Below, one piece after another: positions 26,357-36,481 of a stretch of DNA of 64,000 bases (within the stretch, counting starts at the first letter, position 1; every line of letters begins with the position of its first letter). Below the pieces are notes generated by a model. It was not told the DNA's origin. It was given only the letters and a program-made list of their open reading frames with translations, and searched no databases. Both the position numbers and the translations under genes were made by a program. This DNA comes from Vicinamibacterales bacterium (GTDB lineage Bacteria; Acidobacteriota; Vicinamibacteria; Vicinamibacterales; UBA8438), in contig OZ252219.1 in assembly GCA_965249105.1 (NCBI GenBank), positions 192,190 through 256,189 of the forward strand, written 5' to 3'.

Positions 26357-27349
26357 TCACGAATCGAGGATTCGCTTGGCCAGCCGCTCGGTGGCGTCGT
26401 GGTCATCGTCCACGCCTAGATCCCCGATGACCGCCAGAGCCTCCTCGCCACCGATGTAGTCCAATGCCTTAATCGTGTACCACCGGCAGTCCTCGTCCTC
26501 CTCGTCCCGATAGCGAGCCGACAGAACCGACACTGCCTCCGAAGCCCCGAGGCGCCCTACGGCATCGATGAGCACCGCCCGCCGGCCCCCGTCGCTTGTC
26601 GCCGGAAGCAGAGCCAAGATGGCCGCCGACGCCGAGCGGGACCCTGACAGCCCGATCCGGTGGAGATCGTTGAGTGACGCCGCCTCCAGCGCCGCGAGCT
26701 GTTCGTCCAGACCAGAATGGGGCGATGCGTGGAAGTAGCTCCGGTTGAGCTGGGAGAGAGTCTCCTGTGCGCCCTCCACGAGCAGCCGCATCAGCCCCTG
26801 CTTGGCTTCATCCTGCCGTCCCATTCCCGCGTTATAGGACCCGTAGTAGTTGTGAAGGCGGAGGCTAACCGGTTGTGCCTCGGCGGCCCCGTTCCGCACC
26901 TGGAGTTCCAGGGTCATGAACCCGTAGAAGAGCGTTGAGCCCATAATAACTTGGCGACTCTCCAGATAGATGTCTGTAACGACGCCGCCGATGTGCCACT
27001 GCTTAGCTCCCGCCCCTGGCGGACGAAAGCCCATGGCTGTTGCCTCGGTTCGCAGCGACTCGGTGAGCATCGTCGCGAGGTCGATTTGCTCGTTGAGCTT
27101 GTATTCGGGGCCTCGGGAAAAGAAGCCGCCACCACCTCGGCGGACGATTTTCTCCCCTCGGTCATACCCAGCCTCGATGGTGCCGATCTCCAGGGACGGC
27201 GCCGACGCAGGGTCGAACACCGCCGTAGTAATCGTGTTGTCGGTGCTGTAGCCGTCCGCGAGGTCCAGCTCCTTCATGGTGGCCTGCGCGCCCACTATCG
27301 CGGGACACACGACCAACCCGAGCAACAGGCCAAGGCGCACGTTCTTCAT
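26357..27349 (-). CDS. Exported protein with C-terminal HEAT-like repeats
   Basis: 330 aa. Signal peptide MKNVRLGLLLGLVVCPAIVGAQA. C-terminal ..RRAVLIDAVGRLGASEAVSVLSARYRDEE..WYTIKALDYIGGEEALAVIGDL... Confidence 0.6.
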   Translation of the reverse strand: MKNVRLGLLLGLVVCPAIVGAQATMKELDLADGYSTDNTITTAVFDPASAPSLEIGTIEAGYDRGEKIVRRGGGGFFSRGPEYKLNEQIDLATMLTESLRTEATAMGFRPPGAGAKQWHIGGVVTDIYLESRQVIMGSTLFYGFMTLELQVRNGAAEAQPVSLRLHNYYGSYNAGMGRQDEAKQGLMRLLVEGAQETLSQLNRSYFHASPHSGLDEQLAALEAASLNDLHRIGLSGSRSASAAILALLPATSDGGRRAVLIDAVGRLGASEAVSVLSARYRDEEDEDCRWYTIKALDYIGGEEALAVIGDLGVDDDHDATERLAKRILDS

Positions 27350-27618
27350 TATTCCCCCTGATACGCGCGTCGACCACGGCAGGCGGCCAGGCGCGGCTTC
27401 TTACGCTGCTATCCTAGCGCGTTGCCGGGTCGCTTTGCCCTTGAAAGACCGCACCCTGTCTGGTTTGTCACGTCGTGTCACATGGACATACACGGGTGCG
27501 ATCTCTTGCGCACGCCCGATGCCTAAGTGCTGGCCCACAACTTGCTCAGGCAATCGTGGTCGTGCAGATCAGGGCCGCAGGTACGCCCGTGAGTGATCGC
27601 TCGTAAACTATTCAGGCC

Positions 27619-30441
27619 ATGTCTCCAAACGCGGGCCTCCACATGGGGCCCACAGTCGCGATGGTCATCGGGATGAGCCTGCTCATCTCGGTCTCCGCCT
27701 CCGCGCAGCCAGGCACCACGGTTGTGGTCGCGCCGTTTACCAATCTCAGCCAACAGACCACCGACGATTGGATCGGCGCCGGCATTGTCGAGACGGTCTC
27801 GAGCGACCTGCAGAACGCCGGCCTGACCGTCATGGGCCGTCTGGGGAGCGATGCTGACTGGTTGGTCGACGGTGGCTTTCAGCGGATTGGCAACCTCCTT
27901 CGCATTACGGCCAGTGTCACCGACGGCGCGACCGGGAAGGTTACCTACAGCACGAGGGTCGATGGTACGTTCCGAAACCTCTTCGACCTGCAGGACGAAG
28001 TCGGCGCCGCACTCGCAGCGTGGCTCCTGGCGGCTTCGACCGTGTCGACAACTTCGACGCCGCCGGCACAGCTCACGCCGGCAGCGCCTGCGGCGCAAGC
28101 CGAGAACAAGGGCGACGTCACGGGGTTTCTGGCTTTGGGGGAGTCACGCTCCGGTGAGGAGCCGCGCAAGGTAGACACCGCGACGACTCGTGAGCGTCAT
28201 GGTGGTGGCGGATTCCGGGCGGCCCCGGTGCCGGGACGGCCGACCGCCGTCGTCATGCGAACCGACAGTCCACCGCAGATAGACGGTCGTCTCGACGATT
28301 CGGTGTGGGAGAACGCCACACACATCACGGATTTCCTTCAGATCGTACCTGAGGAAGGCGCTCCGGGGTCGGAAGAGACCGAGGTCTGGATGACCTATGA
28401 CAGCGACCATCTGTATTTCGCGTTCTATGCCCATTACGCTGATCCGGGAATAGTGCGCGTGAATTGGGCCGACCGTGAAGAGATCCGCGGTGATGATCGG
28501 ATGGCGGTGTTGTTCGACCCGTTTCTCGATCAGCAGCGGGCGTATCAGTTCGAGGTGAACGGCTATGGCGTCCAGGCTGACTCCCTCGTGAACGCCGATG
28601 GCAGCACGGGATTCTCGCGTTTTAGCTCGAGCTCTTCGGTCATACGCGGCAGCGGCTCCCGCGGGGGCGGAGGAGGCAGCGGCCTGGCCAGCTCGGGGCA
28701 GTTCGGCATCCGCGGAGACGAGTCATGGGACGCGCTCTTCGACACTGGTGGTCGACTCGTCGAGGACGGGTGGACGGCGGAGATGAGGATTCCGTTCAAG
28801 AGCCTCAGGTATCCGTCGGGGTCTTCCGGGGAGGCTCATTCCTGGGGTTTCCAGATCACGCGCGTCATTCGCGGCAAGTCGGAAGTCCAATCGTGGTCAC
28901 CGATTTCACGAGGCGTGGCCGGACAGCTCACCCAGTTCGGGCAGCTCGACGGGCTGTCGGAGCTGTCGGCCAGCCGCAACCTCGAATTGTTGCCTGAGGT
29001 CACCGGCTTCCGATTCGGTTCGCTCGACACGGCCAGCGGCGAGTTCGACGTGGGCAGTCCGGAGGGCGATGTAGGGGTTGGCATCAAGTATGGAATCACC
29101 CCGAACCTGACCGCCGACGTCACCTTCAATCCTGATTTCTCCCAGATCGAGTCGGACCGACCACAGATTGCCACCAACCAACGTTTCGCGTTGTTCTTCC
29201 CCGAGCAGCGGCCCTTCTTCCTCGAGGGCCAGGAGATCTTCCAGACGGCGACGCCACTCACGCTGGTGCACACGCGGACGGTCATCGATCCCCGCGTGGG
29301 CGCGAAGCTGACCGGAAAGGTTGGTCAGACGACCCTCGGCGTCATGGTGGCCGACGACATGGCGGCCGGTCGTCTCGATGACCACGACGACCCACGGTTT
29401 GGCACGACGGCGCAGACGTTCATCGGTCGCGCGCGGTATGACCTCTATTCAGAGTCGTATGTCGGCGCGATCATGACGGCCCGCGAATTCGGTGCCGACT
29501 ACAACCGGGTAGCTGGGGTCGATGGGCGCTTCCGTCTGGGGCGGACACATCGGGTGGGTTTCCTCGCAGTGGCATCGGAGACCCAGGACGCGGAGCTGGG
29601 CCCGCTGTCCGGGCCGGCGTTCGAGGCGGATTTCGCGCGTCAGGGTCGCAATCTGAGCTACAGCGCGTCGTATAGCAGTATCGATCCGGAGTTCGAGACC
29701 CTCACCGGGTTCCTGCCCCGGGTCGATCTCCGGCAGGCGAGCGCCACCGCGGGGTATCGGTGGTGGCCTGAATCGACGCTTCTGAACTGGGGACCATCGG
29801 TCACCTACCTGCGGCTCTACGACCACGCCGGTGTGCTTCAGGACGAGCAGTTCCAGGGGGCCGCCAGCTTCTCTTTCCGCAACAACATCTTGTTGAGGGG
29901 TTCGATAAACCGCGATCTCGAGCAGTTCCAGCAGGTCGACTTCCGAAAGACGGGGTACGGGTTCTTTGGCGTCATCAGCTTACGACTCGTCTCTCTGTAC
30001 GGGGGCTACAATTGGGGCGACGGCATTCTCTACGATGAGGTCAACCCGTACGTCGGGCGGTCGAAGATGGGGAACATCAACCTCCGTCTTCAAGCGACGT
30101 CCCGGTTGCGCGCCGAGCTCACCACCGTCCTCAGCGACTTCGTCAATCCGCTGGACGACACGGAGGTGTTCGATGTGAAGATTTTCCGCAGCCGGACGAC
30201 CTATCAGTTCACCGACCGGCTGGCGCTCCGTCACATCATGGAGCACAATACCCGGGACGGCACGCTCGGGAACAACATCCTCATGACCTATCGCATCAAC
30301 GCCGGAACAGTCGTGTTTCTGGGCTACGACGATCGTTTCCAGCGGGGCAACCAGATCGAGGACGCGATGATGCCGACCATGGACCTGCAACGGACCAACC
30401 GGGCCTTCTTTGGCAAGCTCTCCTACCTGTTCCGATACTGA
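27619..30441 (+). CDS. Large exported/outer-membrane-type protein (TolB-N-like module, CBM9/DOMON-like module, DUF5916-like beta-rich domain)
   Basis: 940 aa. ..VVAPFTNLSQQTTDDWIGAGIVETVSSDL.., ..PPQIDGRLDDSVWENATHI.., and an aromatic C-terminus ..FFGKLSYLFRY typical of beta-barrels. The family names are by eye. Confidence 0.7.
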   Translation: MSPNAGLHMGPTVAMVIGMSLLISVSASAQPGTTVVVAPFTNLSQQTTDDWIGAGIVETVSSDLQNAGLTVMGRLGSDADWLVDGGFQRIGNLLRITASVTDGATGKVTYSTRVDGTFRNLFDLQDEVGAALAAWLLAASTVSTTSTPPAQLTPAAPAAQAENKGDVTGFLALGESRSGEEPRKVDTATTRERHGGGGFRAAPVPGRPTAVVMRTDSPPQIDGRLDDSVWENATHITDFLQIVPEEGAPGSEETEVWMTYDSDHLYFAFYAHYADPGIVRVNWADREEIRGDDRMAVLFDPFLDQQRAYQFEVNGYGVQADSLVNADGSTGFSRFSSSSSVIRGSGSRGGGGGSGLASSGQFGIRGDESWDALFDTGGRLVEDGWTAEMRIPFKSLRYPSGSSGEAHSWGFQITRVIRGKSEVQSWSPISRGVAGQLTQFGQLDGLSELSASRNLELLPEVTGFRFGSLDTASGEFDVGSPEGDVGVGIKYGITPNLTADVTFNPDFSQIESDRPQIATNQRFALFFPEQRPFFLEGQEIFQTATPLTLVHTRTVIDPRVGAKLTGKVGQTTLGVMVADDMAAGRLDDHDDPRFGTTAQTFIGRARYDLYSESYVGAIMTAREFGADYNRVAGVDGRFRLGRTHRVGFLAVASETQDAELGPLSGPAFEADFARQGRNLSYSASYSSIDPEFETLTGFLPRVDLRQASATAGYRWWPESTLLNWGPSVTYLRLYDHAGVLQDEQFQGAASFSFRNNILLRGSINRDLEQFQQVDFRKTGYGFFGVISLRLVSLYGGYNWGDGILYDEVNPYVGRSKMGNINLRLQATSRLRAELTTVLSDFVNPLDDTEVFDVKIFRSRTTYQFTDRLALRHIMEHNTRDGTLGNNILMTYRINAGTVVFLGYDDRFQRGNQIEDAMMPTMDLQRTNRAFFGKLSYLFRY

Positions 30442-30493
30442 CCCTGCTGCCCGTAACTGCCGCCGAACGCCGTCTGGTTCCCTAAGAAGAAAG

Positions 30494-30538
30494 TGGTGAG
30501 CCGCCGGGGACTCGAACCCCAAACCCGCAGATTATGAG
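30494..30538 (-). repeat. Copy B of the tRNA-Lys(CTT) 3' end (41 nt exact, 45 nt with one mismatch)
   Basis: TAATCTGCGGGTTTGGGGTTCGAGTCCCCGGCGGCTCACCA is identical to the intact gene and in the same orientation. The upstream sequence does not fold into D or anticodon arms. Confidence 0.85.
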
Positions 30539-30689
30539 AGCCAGGCGGGTCCGTCCGCCGACGTCCGAACACGTCTTTCCCGTTATGTTCTCGACTGATC
30601 GTCGTCCGGCTCGTGCTGCCAGGTTCGCCGGAGTCCAAGGGGGTGTTTTGGAAGGTCCGGGACCGATCTGGAGCCCCACCAGCGTGCGG

Positions 30690-31166
30690 TCAGAGAATCA
30701 CACGCAGCGCGATCTTTCCCACGGTGAGCAAGAGGGCCATGAGAAACGTCATCCCAAGCGAGCGAATCTCGAAGTCATCGAGCAGTTGGTCGGTCAGCCA
30801 CAGGAGGAACGTGTTGATCACGAGTCCGAACAGACCGAAGCTCAACAGCATGGGGATGAACGTGATGAGGGCGATCACCCAGAACAAGAAGTAGCTCAGT
30901 AGGCCGTACACGATCGCAACGGCCACAGCCGTGCCGAACGACTTCAGACGCACGCCGGGCAACAGGGCCGCAATGACGTAGAGCAGCCCCGCGTTCAAGA
31001 GGACGTCGATGATGAGTCGAAGCATCGTGATGGAGGCGGTGAACGAGGCACCGCTCGATGAGGTCCTGGAACCAAGGTCGAAAACCATTCCCTCTCCGCC
31101 ATTTTGATAGCCGCCCTGACCGGCACCCCGGTACGGGCCGAGGGTGGTGCCGGGGGTGAGAGACAT
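30690..31166 (-). CDS. Small 4-TM 'phage holin family IV'-like membrane protein whose ORF opens with a kinase-type N-terminus
   Basis: The core from ATG 31025 is MLRLIIDVLLNAGLLYVIAALLPGV... The ORF is open in frame up to ATG 31166 (MSLTPGTTLGPYRGAGQGG..), whose first 12 codons match the start of Ser/Thr kinase genes. The true start is uncertain. Confidence 0.6.
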   Translation of the reverse strand: MSLTPGTTLGPYRGAGQGGYQNGGEGMVFDLGSRTSSSGASFTASITMLRLIIDVLLNAGLLYVIAALLPGVRLKSFGTAVAVAIVYGLLSYFLFWVIALITFIPMLLSFGLFGLVINTFLLWLTDQLLDDFEIRSLGMTFLMALLLTVGKIALRVIL

Positions 31167-31269
31167 CTTGTTCAGTTGACAGGACCAAGATAGCGATCGC
31201 GCCAGTCCAATGCTAGCGATCGGCCATCGGTTCTTCGGTTGCCCCCAGAAATCGATAGCTTCGCACGGC

Positions 31270-31899
31270 TTACTGAGCGACGAAGCAGTAGAACAGGCCG
31301 TCGCCACCCGTCGCCCGTAGCAGTTCCTGGCTGCAAGCACGGCTATCGTGAGCGGAATTCCAAGCGGCACGGTCATGATGGCCGAGCCTGGCTTTTCCAT
31401 CGCCGCTGCTCGTCCAGTTGTTGCAGGTCATGTCTTCGCCAGCCGGGTACGCCGTGCCGTCCGGCTGGGAGCCAGTCAGCACATCATGCCGGTTCGGAGC
31501 GTATCCACTGCCGGGTATCCTTCTGCCTCTCTCGTCGATCACGGTCATGACGGTAAACCGATGTCCCATGCCGTGAAGCTCGTCGACGTTATTTCCGATC
31601 AGAGTGCCCTGCGCGTTATGCCATGGGCCCGTGCCGATACGGTCCCGCGCATTGACCGCGTTTGGGCCTTGCGTGCTGAGGTAAGCTCGCCAGGTACGGT
31701 CGTCGGCACCCACATCGGTCGCCAGCCTCTGACAGATCGCGTCGGCTCCGGCGAGACCCCCCAGATCGGCTCCTTCGCCCGAGCCATTGCTTGTAATGAA
31801 GAAAGTCATCGGAGCGGATTGTGGACCCTGCGTCAGGGCCAACCCGGAGCCGAGCAGAACGACCGAGATCACGCCAATAACAGTGACTGCCTTTCTCAT
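31270..31899 (-). CDS. Secreted Cys-containing protein, DUF1554/endostatin-like (C-type-lectin fold) pattern
   Basis: ATG 31899 with a GGGAGG Shine-Dalgarno and a signal peptide. ..LGGLAGADAICQRLA..WRAYLST..MTCNNWTSS..LFYCFVAQ at the C-terminus. The family call is tentative. Confidence 0.7.
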   Translation of the reverse strand: MRKAVTVIGVISVVLLGSGLALTQGPQSAPMTFFITSNGSGEGADLGGLAGADAICQRLATDVGADDRTWRAYLSTQGPNAVNARDRIGTGPWHNAQGTLIGNNVDELHGMGHRFTVMTVIDERGRRIPGSGYAPNRHDVLTGSQPDGTAYPAGEDMTCNNWTSSGDGKARLGHHDRAAWNSAHDSRACSQELLRATGGDGLFYCFVAQ

Positions 31900-31970
31900 G
31901 TGGTCCTCCCTTTCCTGATAACCCGAATGTTCAAACCTTTTCACCGAGCGACAGCCGTCCGATCTACTCG

Positions 31971-32111
31971 TCACTTTGGCCCGATTGCGCCGACGTCCCG
32001 GTCGAGCTTGGTGTCTCGGGCTCGATACACCTCACCCATGCCGCCTTCGCCGATCTTGGCGGTGGCAGATAACTCGGCGTTGTTGCGCAAATCGAAACTG
32101 GCGCCGAACAC
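31971..32111 (-). pseudogene. Ser/Thr kinase 5' stub (Gly-rich loop only)
   Basis: ..LSATAKIGEGGMGEVYRARDTKLDRDV then GAIGPK-stop. It has no VAIK Lys, HRD or DFG motif. A 28-nt segment (32037-32064) is identical to 50656-50683. Confidence 0.7.
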
Positions 32112-32157
32112 TCCCAACGCGTGGTCTCGTCACCGACCGATCGCGAACGACTGTGGT

Positions 32158-33846
32158 CTAGTCGGATTCCTCGGGAAGCGCGAATGCATACACCGCGTTC
32201 GAACGGTTCCCCCCGACGGGAACGGCGATGAACTGGCGCCCGTCGACCGCGTAGGTTACGGGGTGACCCTGGGCGGATGCAGGGAGTCGAACCGAGAACA
32301 GGACCTCGCCCTCGGTGACGTCGAGGAAGTACAGATTGCGGTCGGTGTCGGCGCTGACGACGATGCCTCCCGCGGTGGTCAGCGCCCCCAGACGCGGGCG
32401 CGTCGCCATGGCATGCCGCCAGACGACGTCACCGCTCGCAATGTCCATCGCGATCAGGTAGCCGCCGTGGTCGGGACTGTCGGGATGAAGCGTGCTCTCG
32501 CGTTGGAGGAATCCCCGATCGGCGTAGTAGTTGTTGCCGACCACTTGGTCGAGCTCGGTGAACACCCCGGTCACGCAACTCGGGTGAATCGGTATGTACA
32601 GCCGCTCCGTTCCGGGATGGTACGCGCTCGCAGGCCAGTTCTTGACCCCGAGCAGATTAGGGCAGAACGTGATTTCCTCATCGGCGCGCGGGATCATCTC
32701 GGGCCGATAGGTCACCCTGCCGGTTCTCGGATCGAGGTCGAGGACGTCCTGGTATCCGAGGTCGTAGCCGGCGACGTATGAGCCCGTGGTGCGGTCGAGC
32801 TCCCAGAGGATCCCGAGCTTCCCCATCTTGAAGAGCGACCGGCGCCCGTTGTGGTCGATCAGGACGCTCTCGAAAACGTCGTCGAGGTCATGCGTCTCGC
32901 CCGGCGTGAACTGGTAGTACCAGGCGAGCTCTCCGGTATCAGAGTCGATGGCGAGCACGCTGTTCGTATAGAGCGCGTCACCGTCGGTCTTGCGAGACAC
33001 CCGTGCCCACGGCTTGGCCTGCGATGTCGAGTGATAGGTCAGGTTCGTCCCCGGATCGAAGCTTCCCGGAATCCACGAATCGCCGCCGGCACGGAACGTC
33101 AGCGGGAGGTCGCCCCAGGTATCGCCGCCCACAGCGCCAGGCTCGGCGATGGTCGACGTCCGCCACACCTCCTCGCCGGTCTCGGCGTTGTGCGCGGAGA
33201 TGAAACAAACGTCGTTCTTGTAGTTCTGACAGCCGGTCATGCCGGCCACGATCTTCCCGTTCGCCACGATCGGGCCACTCGTATAGCGGTAGCCGAGCGT
33301 CGCATCCGCCACCGTATGGTCCCACGTCACCTCCCCCGTCGCGGCGTCAAGCGCGACGATGTGCGCGTCGGTCGTGCCGAGGTACACGTTCCGTTCGTAG
33401 AGCGCGATCGAGCGCGAGCCTCGCGGAGGACGATCTGACGGCCGCTCCAGACGCTGGTCCAGCGTGTGCGCGTACGACCAGATTTGATCGCCTGTGGTCG
33501 CGTCGAACGCCACGGCACCGTTGCCGGTGTTTGGCACGAACATCACGCCTTCATGCACTAGCGGGGTGGCCTGACTGACGCCCTCGCCGAGCTGCGACGC
33601 CCACACGAGCTGCAGACGGTGGACGTTGTCGGTCGTGATGTCGTCGAGCGGACTGTAGCCCCAGCCATCGAGGGTCCGCCGCCAGTTCAACCAGTCGGCC
33701 GGGTCGGGGTTCTGGAGCATCGCATCGGTGACCGGGGCATATTCGGCAGAGGACTGGGCTCGCGCGATGACGGACCCCAGCATGACGGGCACGACGGCGA
33801 TACCAAGCGCCAGAAGACGTCGTGAAGTTAGAAACCGTTGGAACAT
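32158..33846 (-). CDS. PQQ-dependent dehydrogenase-type 8-bladed beta-propeller protein
   Basis: Start ATG 33846 (MFQRFLTSRRLLALGIAVVPVMLGSVIARAQS). ..DWLNWRRTLDGWGYSPL.., and repeated W-containing propeller blades (..GEVTWDH.., ..GEEVWRT.., ..GELAWYYQ..). Confidence 0.8.
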   Translation of the reverse strand: MFQRFLTSRRLLALGIAVVPVMLGSVIARAQSSAEYAPVTDAMLQNPDPADWLNWRRTLDGWGYSPLDDITTDNVHRLQLVWASQLGEGVSQATPLVHEGVMFVPNTGNGAVAFDATTGDQIWSYAHTLDQRLERPSDRPPRGSRSIALYERNVYLGTTDAHIVALDAATGEVTWDHTVADATLGYRYTSGPIVANGKIVAGMTGCQNYKNDVCFISAHNAETGEEVWRTSTIAEPGAVGGDTWGDLPLTFRAGGDSWIPGSFDPGTNLTYHSTSQAKPWARVSRKTDGDALYTNSVLAIDSDTGELAWYYQFTPGETHDLDDVFESVLIDHNGRRSLFKMGKLGILWELDRTTGSYVAGYDLGYQDVLDLDPRTGRVTYRPEMIPRADEEITFCPNLLGVKNWPASAYHPGTERLYIPIHPSCVTGVFTELDQVVGNNYYADRGFLQRESTLHPDSPDHGGYLIAMDIASGDVVWRHAMATRPRLGALTTAGGIVVSADTDRNLYFLDVTEGEVLFSVRLPASAQGHPVTYAVDGRQFIAVPVGGNRSNAVYAFALPEESD

Positions 33847-34133
33847 GTGAGGAGCATATACGTCCGACGGGAGAGTCGTCACTCGACCACTCGACGATTC
33901 TGGCCCGACCAGTTGCGCGGTAGCGGCCAACGTCGTTTGACCCGCATTAAAGCCCAGCCTGAAATCATCGTCGCTGAAGGTCGCATAGCGATCTGTCGAC
34001 GGAATAGCCGCTCAAATGCGTGCGAACGCGTTCTGACGGGCGTCACTGGTCACGCAGGTGGTAAGGGAACACCGAGTTCGGAAGCTACGTGCCGTTCGTG
34101 CACTTTCTCGTAAGACGGCTCAAGCCTGGCAGG

Positions 34134-36236
34134 TTAGGCGTCGGGCAGCCTGAACGCGACCAACTCGCCCGAGTAGCCGCCGCCGCTGATTGCGACGACC
34201 AGATACTGGTCGCCGTCGAGCGCATAGGTCATCGGCGACCCGGTCTGGGGCGCCGGGATGAAGAGGGCGCCCACTTCGGCGCCGGTCGCCTTATCGTAGG
34301 CGCGGAGCATGGCACCCTGCTGTCCCGTCGGTGTGGTGTGGACCCGGGGGTCGCCGGCAATCAACAGCGTCTGGGTCACCAGCGTGCCGACGCTGCCAGG
34401 CTGGCCCGTCCGCGTGATCTCCAGCCCTCGCAACGCCCGATGGTTCCGGACGTTGTCGGGCGTCTCACCATGCGGGATCCGCCACAGGATCTCGCCGCGT
34501 TCCATGTCGATGGCGCTGATCACACCGTAGGGCGGCTTGAGCAGGGGCAGACCCTGGACGCTGAGCCGGGTGAGCCGACGCTGCTCCGCTGAGATCGGGG
34601 GTCGGGGGGGCGCGTCGAAGCCGGTCCGGCCACCGCCAGCCGACGACCCGGCGCCCCCACTGGTGCGCGGACCGGTGATGGCGTTCCCCTGGATGTAGGC
34701 CATGTCCGACTGCCCCGGATAGGGCGGCGTCAGCCAAAACGCACCGACGGAGCTGTTCGACGACACGTAAAGGATATGGGTGTCCGGGTCGTAGGAGCCC
34801 CCCGGCCAATTCGTGCCGCCACCCGCCGCCGGGGCCGCCAGCGTGCCGAGCGGCCCGTCGAGTTGGCTCACAACTGGCGGCGTGAAAATCGGTCCCAGCT
34901 GGTAGTGGGACACCAGCTCCTCGGCCTCGGCGCGCAGCTCTGGGGTGAAGTCGATCAGATCGTCTAGCGTGACCCCCTGCCGATCGTAGGGCGGCGGCCG
35001 AGTTGGAATTGGCTGTGTCGGCGAATACCACTCCCCAGGCACATCGCCAGCCGGGACCGGTCGCTCCTCGATGGGCCAGATCGGTTCGCCGGTCTCGCGG
35101 TTGAAGACATACAGGAACACCTGCTTGGTCGGCTGCGCGACCGCCTTCACCGTCTCGCCGTCGATGGTGAGGTCGAGCAGGATCGGGGCGCAAGGAATGT
35201 CGTGGTCCCAGATCCCGTGGTGCACCAGCTGGTAGTGCCAGCGACGCTCGCCGGTTCGCACGTCTACCGCCACCAGGCTCTCCGCGAACAGGTTGTTACC
35301 CGGCCGGTTGGCGCCGAAATAGTCACCGGTCGCCGCCTCCACCGGCAGATAGGCCAGGCCCAGCTCCAGATCCACTGAAATCTGCCCCCATACGCCCGTG
35401 TTGCCGGTGTAGACCGCCGAGTCGCTCAGCCACGTGTCGCGACCGAACTGACCGGGACGTGGGATCGTGTGGAAGATCCATAGCCGCTCGCCGGTGCGCG
35501 CGTCGTACCCGCGGACGTAGCCCTTCACGTTGCGCCGACTCCGAGGGTTCCCGCCGGTACGGTGGGCAGCGCCGACGATGATCACGTCGCCAGCCACGAT
35601 CGGCGTGGCGTGCAGCCCGACCTCGCCGGTTGTCAGGTCGATTTGCTGGTCGTTGTCACGCTTCAGGTCGACCATCCCGCCGACGCCGAACTGCGGAACC
35701 GGACGGCCGGTCTGCGCGTCGAGCGCGATCAGCCGGTAGCCCGGCGTCACATAGATTATCCGTGCCTCCTCGCGGCCCGGCGCCCCGCTCCAGTAGGCCA
35801 GCCCGCGCCCCGAGAGCTGTCGCGGTGCCGCCTCGCCACGCGCCCCTTCGGTCAGACTGTAGATCCACTCCAGCTCGCCGGTCGCCGCGTCGAGAGCCAC
35901 CACCGCACGCCGCGACCCGCCCGTCGAGTACAGCGTGCCGTCGACCATGAGCGGCGTGGACTGGAACCGATATTCTGGCACCGGACCGAGGTTGTCGGTC
36001 TTGAACCGCCAGGCGATCTCCAGGTCGGCGAAATTGTCCGCGGTGATCTGGTCGAGCGGCGCATAGCGCGTATGACCCAGGTCGCCTCCGTAGGAGGGCC
36101 ACTCGCCGGCGGCGGCGCCCGATTGGGCCGTGACGGGCGAGACCGCCGTGAGAAGAGCCGCGGCCAGCACGCCGCCGGAAGCGAGCGCATTGTGCCTGGA
36201 CACGAACGCCAGTATACGCGGGAAGATGGTCTGCAT
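34134..36236 (-). CDS. PQQ-dependent dehydrogenase-type beta-propeller protein (glucose/quinate-DH-like soluble form)
   Basis: Start ATG 36236 (MQTIFPRILAFVS.. signal). ..GEWPSYGGDLGHTRYAPLDQIT..LEIAWRFKT.. and ..GERRWHYQLVHHGIWDHD... Confidence 0.8.
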   Translation of the reverse strand: MQTIFPRILAFVSRHNALASGGVLAAALLTAVSPVTAQSGAAAGEWPSYGGDLGHTRYAPLDQITADNFADLEIAWRFKTDNLGPVPEYRFQSTPLMVDGTLYSTGGSRRAVVALDAATGELEWIYSLTEGARGEAAPRQLSGRGLAYWSGAPGREEARIIYVTPGYRLIALDAQTGRPVPQFGVGGMVDLKRDNDQQIDLTTGEVGLHATPIVAGDVIIVGAAHRTGGNPRSRRNVKGYVRGYDARTGERLWIFHTIPRPGQFGRDTWLSDSAVYTGNTGVWGQISVDLELGLAYLPVEAATGDYFGANRPGNNLFAESLVAVDVRTGERRWHYQLVHHGIWDHDIPCAPILLDLTIDGETVKAVAQPTKQVFLYVFNRETGEPIWPIEERPVPAGDVPGEWYSPTQPIPTRPPPYDRQGVTLDDLIDFTPELRAEAEELVSHYQLGPIFTPPVVSQLDGPLGTLAAPAAGGGTNWPGGSYDPDTHILYVSSNSSVGAFWLTPPYPGQSDMAYIQGNAITGPRTSGGAGSSAGGGRTGFDAPPRPPISAEQRRLTRLSVQGLPLLKPPYGVISAIDMERGEILWRIPHGETPDNVRNHRALRGLEITRTGQPGSVGTLVTQTLLIAGDPRVHTTPTGQQGAMLRAYDKATGAEVGALFIPAPQTGSPMTYALDGDQYLVVAISGGGYSGELVAFRLPDA

Positions 36237-36249
36237 CGGTGGTCTCCGG

Positions 36250-36294
36250 GTCCGGATCAGACGCAAACGCCTCGGGCAGAATCTTCAGCGCCAC
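36250..36294 (-). pseudogene. Ser/Thr kinase stub (subdomain II piece)
   Basis: VALKILPEAFASDPD, read from GTG 36294, overlaps the start region of the PQQ gene. Upstream the frame opens only about 12 codons earlier (..KRRTAREAQ). Confidence 0.6.
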
Positions 36295-36481
36295 CTGGGC
36301 TTCTCGGGCCGTGCGGCGTTTGGGACTGTCTTGGCTACCTGACGGGGCCTACGAGGCGGATGTGCGCTTCCGGATTACTGCTGTTGGCCAGTGCAACGTG
36401 TTGCACTCGCCGTCGGCCGAATTTGACGCTCGCTTCAAACCCTCACGGGACAGAGACACACTCGACGCCCGAACCGGAGCG

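Noticed and set aside
30494-30565. Copy B read as an independent tRNA gene with a CAT (Met/Ile2) anticodon, because the loop would read CTCATAA
   Set aside because: Upstream of the shared 41 nt, no 5' anticodon-stem strand, D-arm or 5' acceptor strand can be paired. It is a 3' fragment only.
30690-31400. Prophage or lysis cassette suggested by a 'phage holin family IV'-like 4-TM protein next to an att-like repeat
   Set aside because: I found no endolysin, terminase, capsid, tail, portal or integrase gene anywhere in 24.7-54.4 kb. This small membrane-protein family is also common outside phages. The 236-aa track ORF is an over-extension of a ~111-158-aa gene.
32158-33846. Calling the 562-aa PQQ enzyme a lanthanide-dependent XoxF-type methanol dehydrogenase
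   Set aside because: The region ..FTPGETHDLDDVFE.. cannot be aligned by eye to the W-D-Y-D lanthanide signature with any confidence. No mxa or xox accessory genes are nearby, and deciding this needs a proper alignment.
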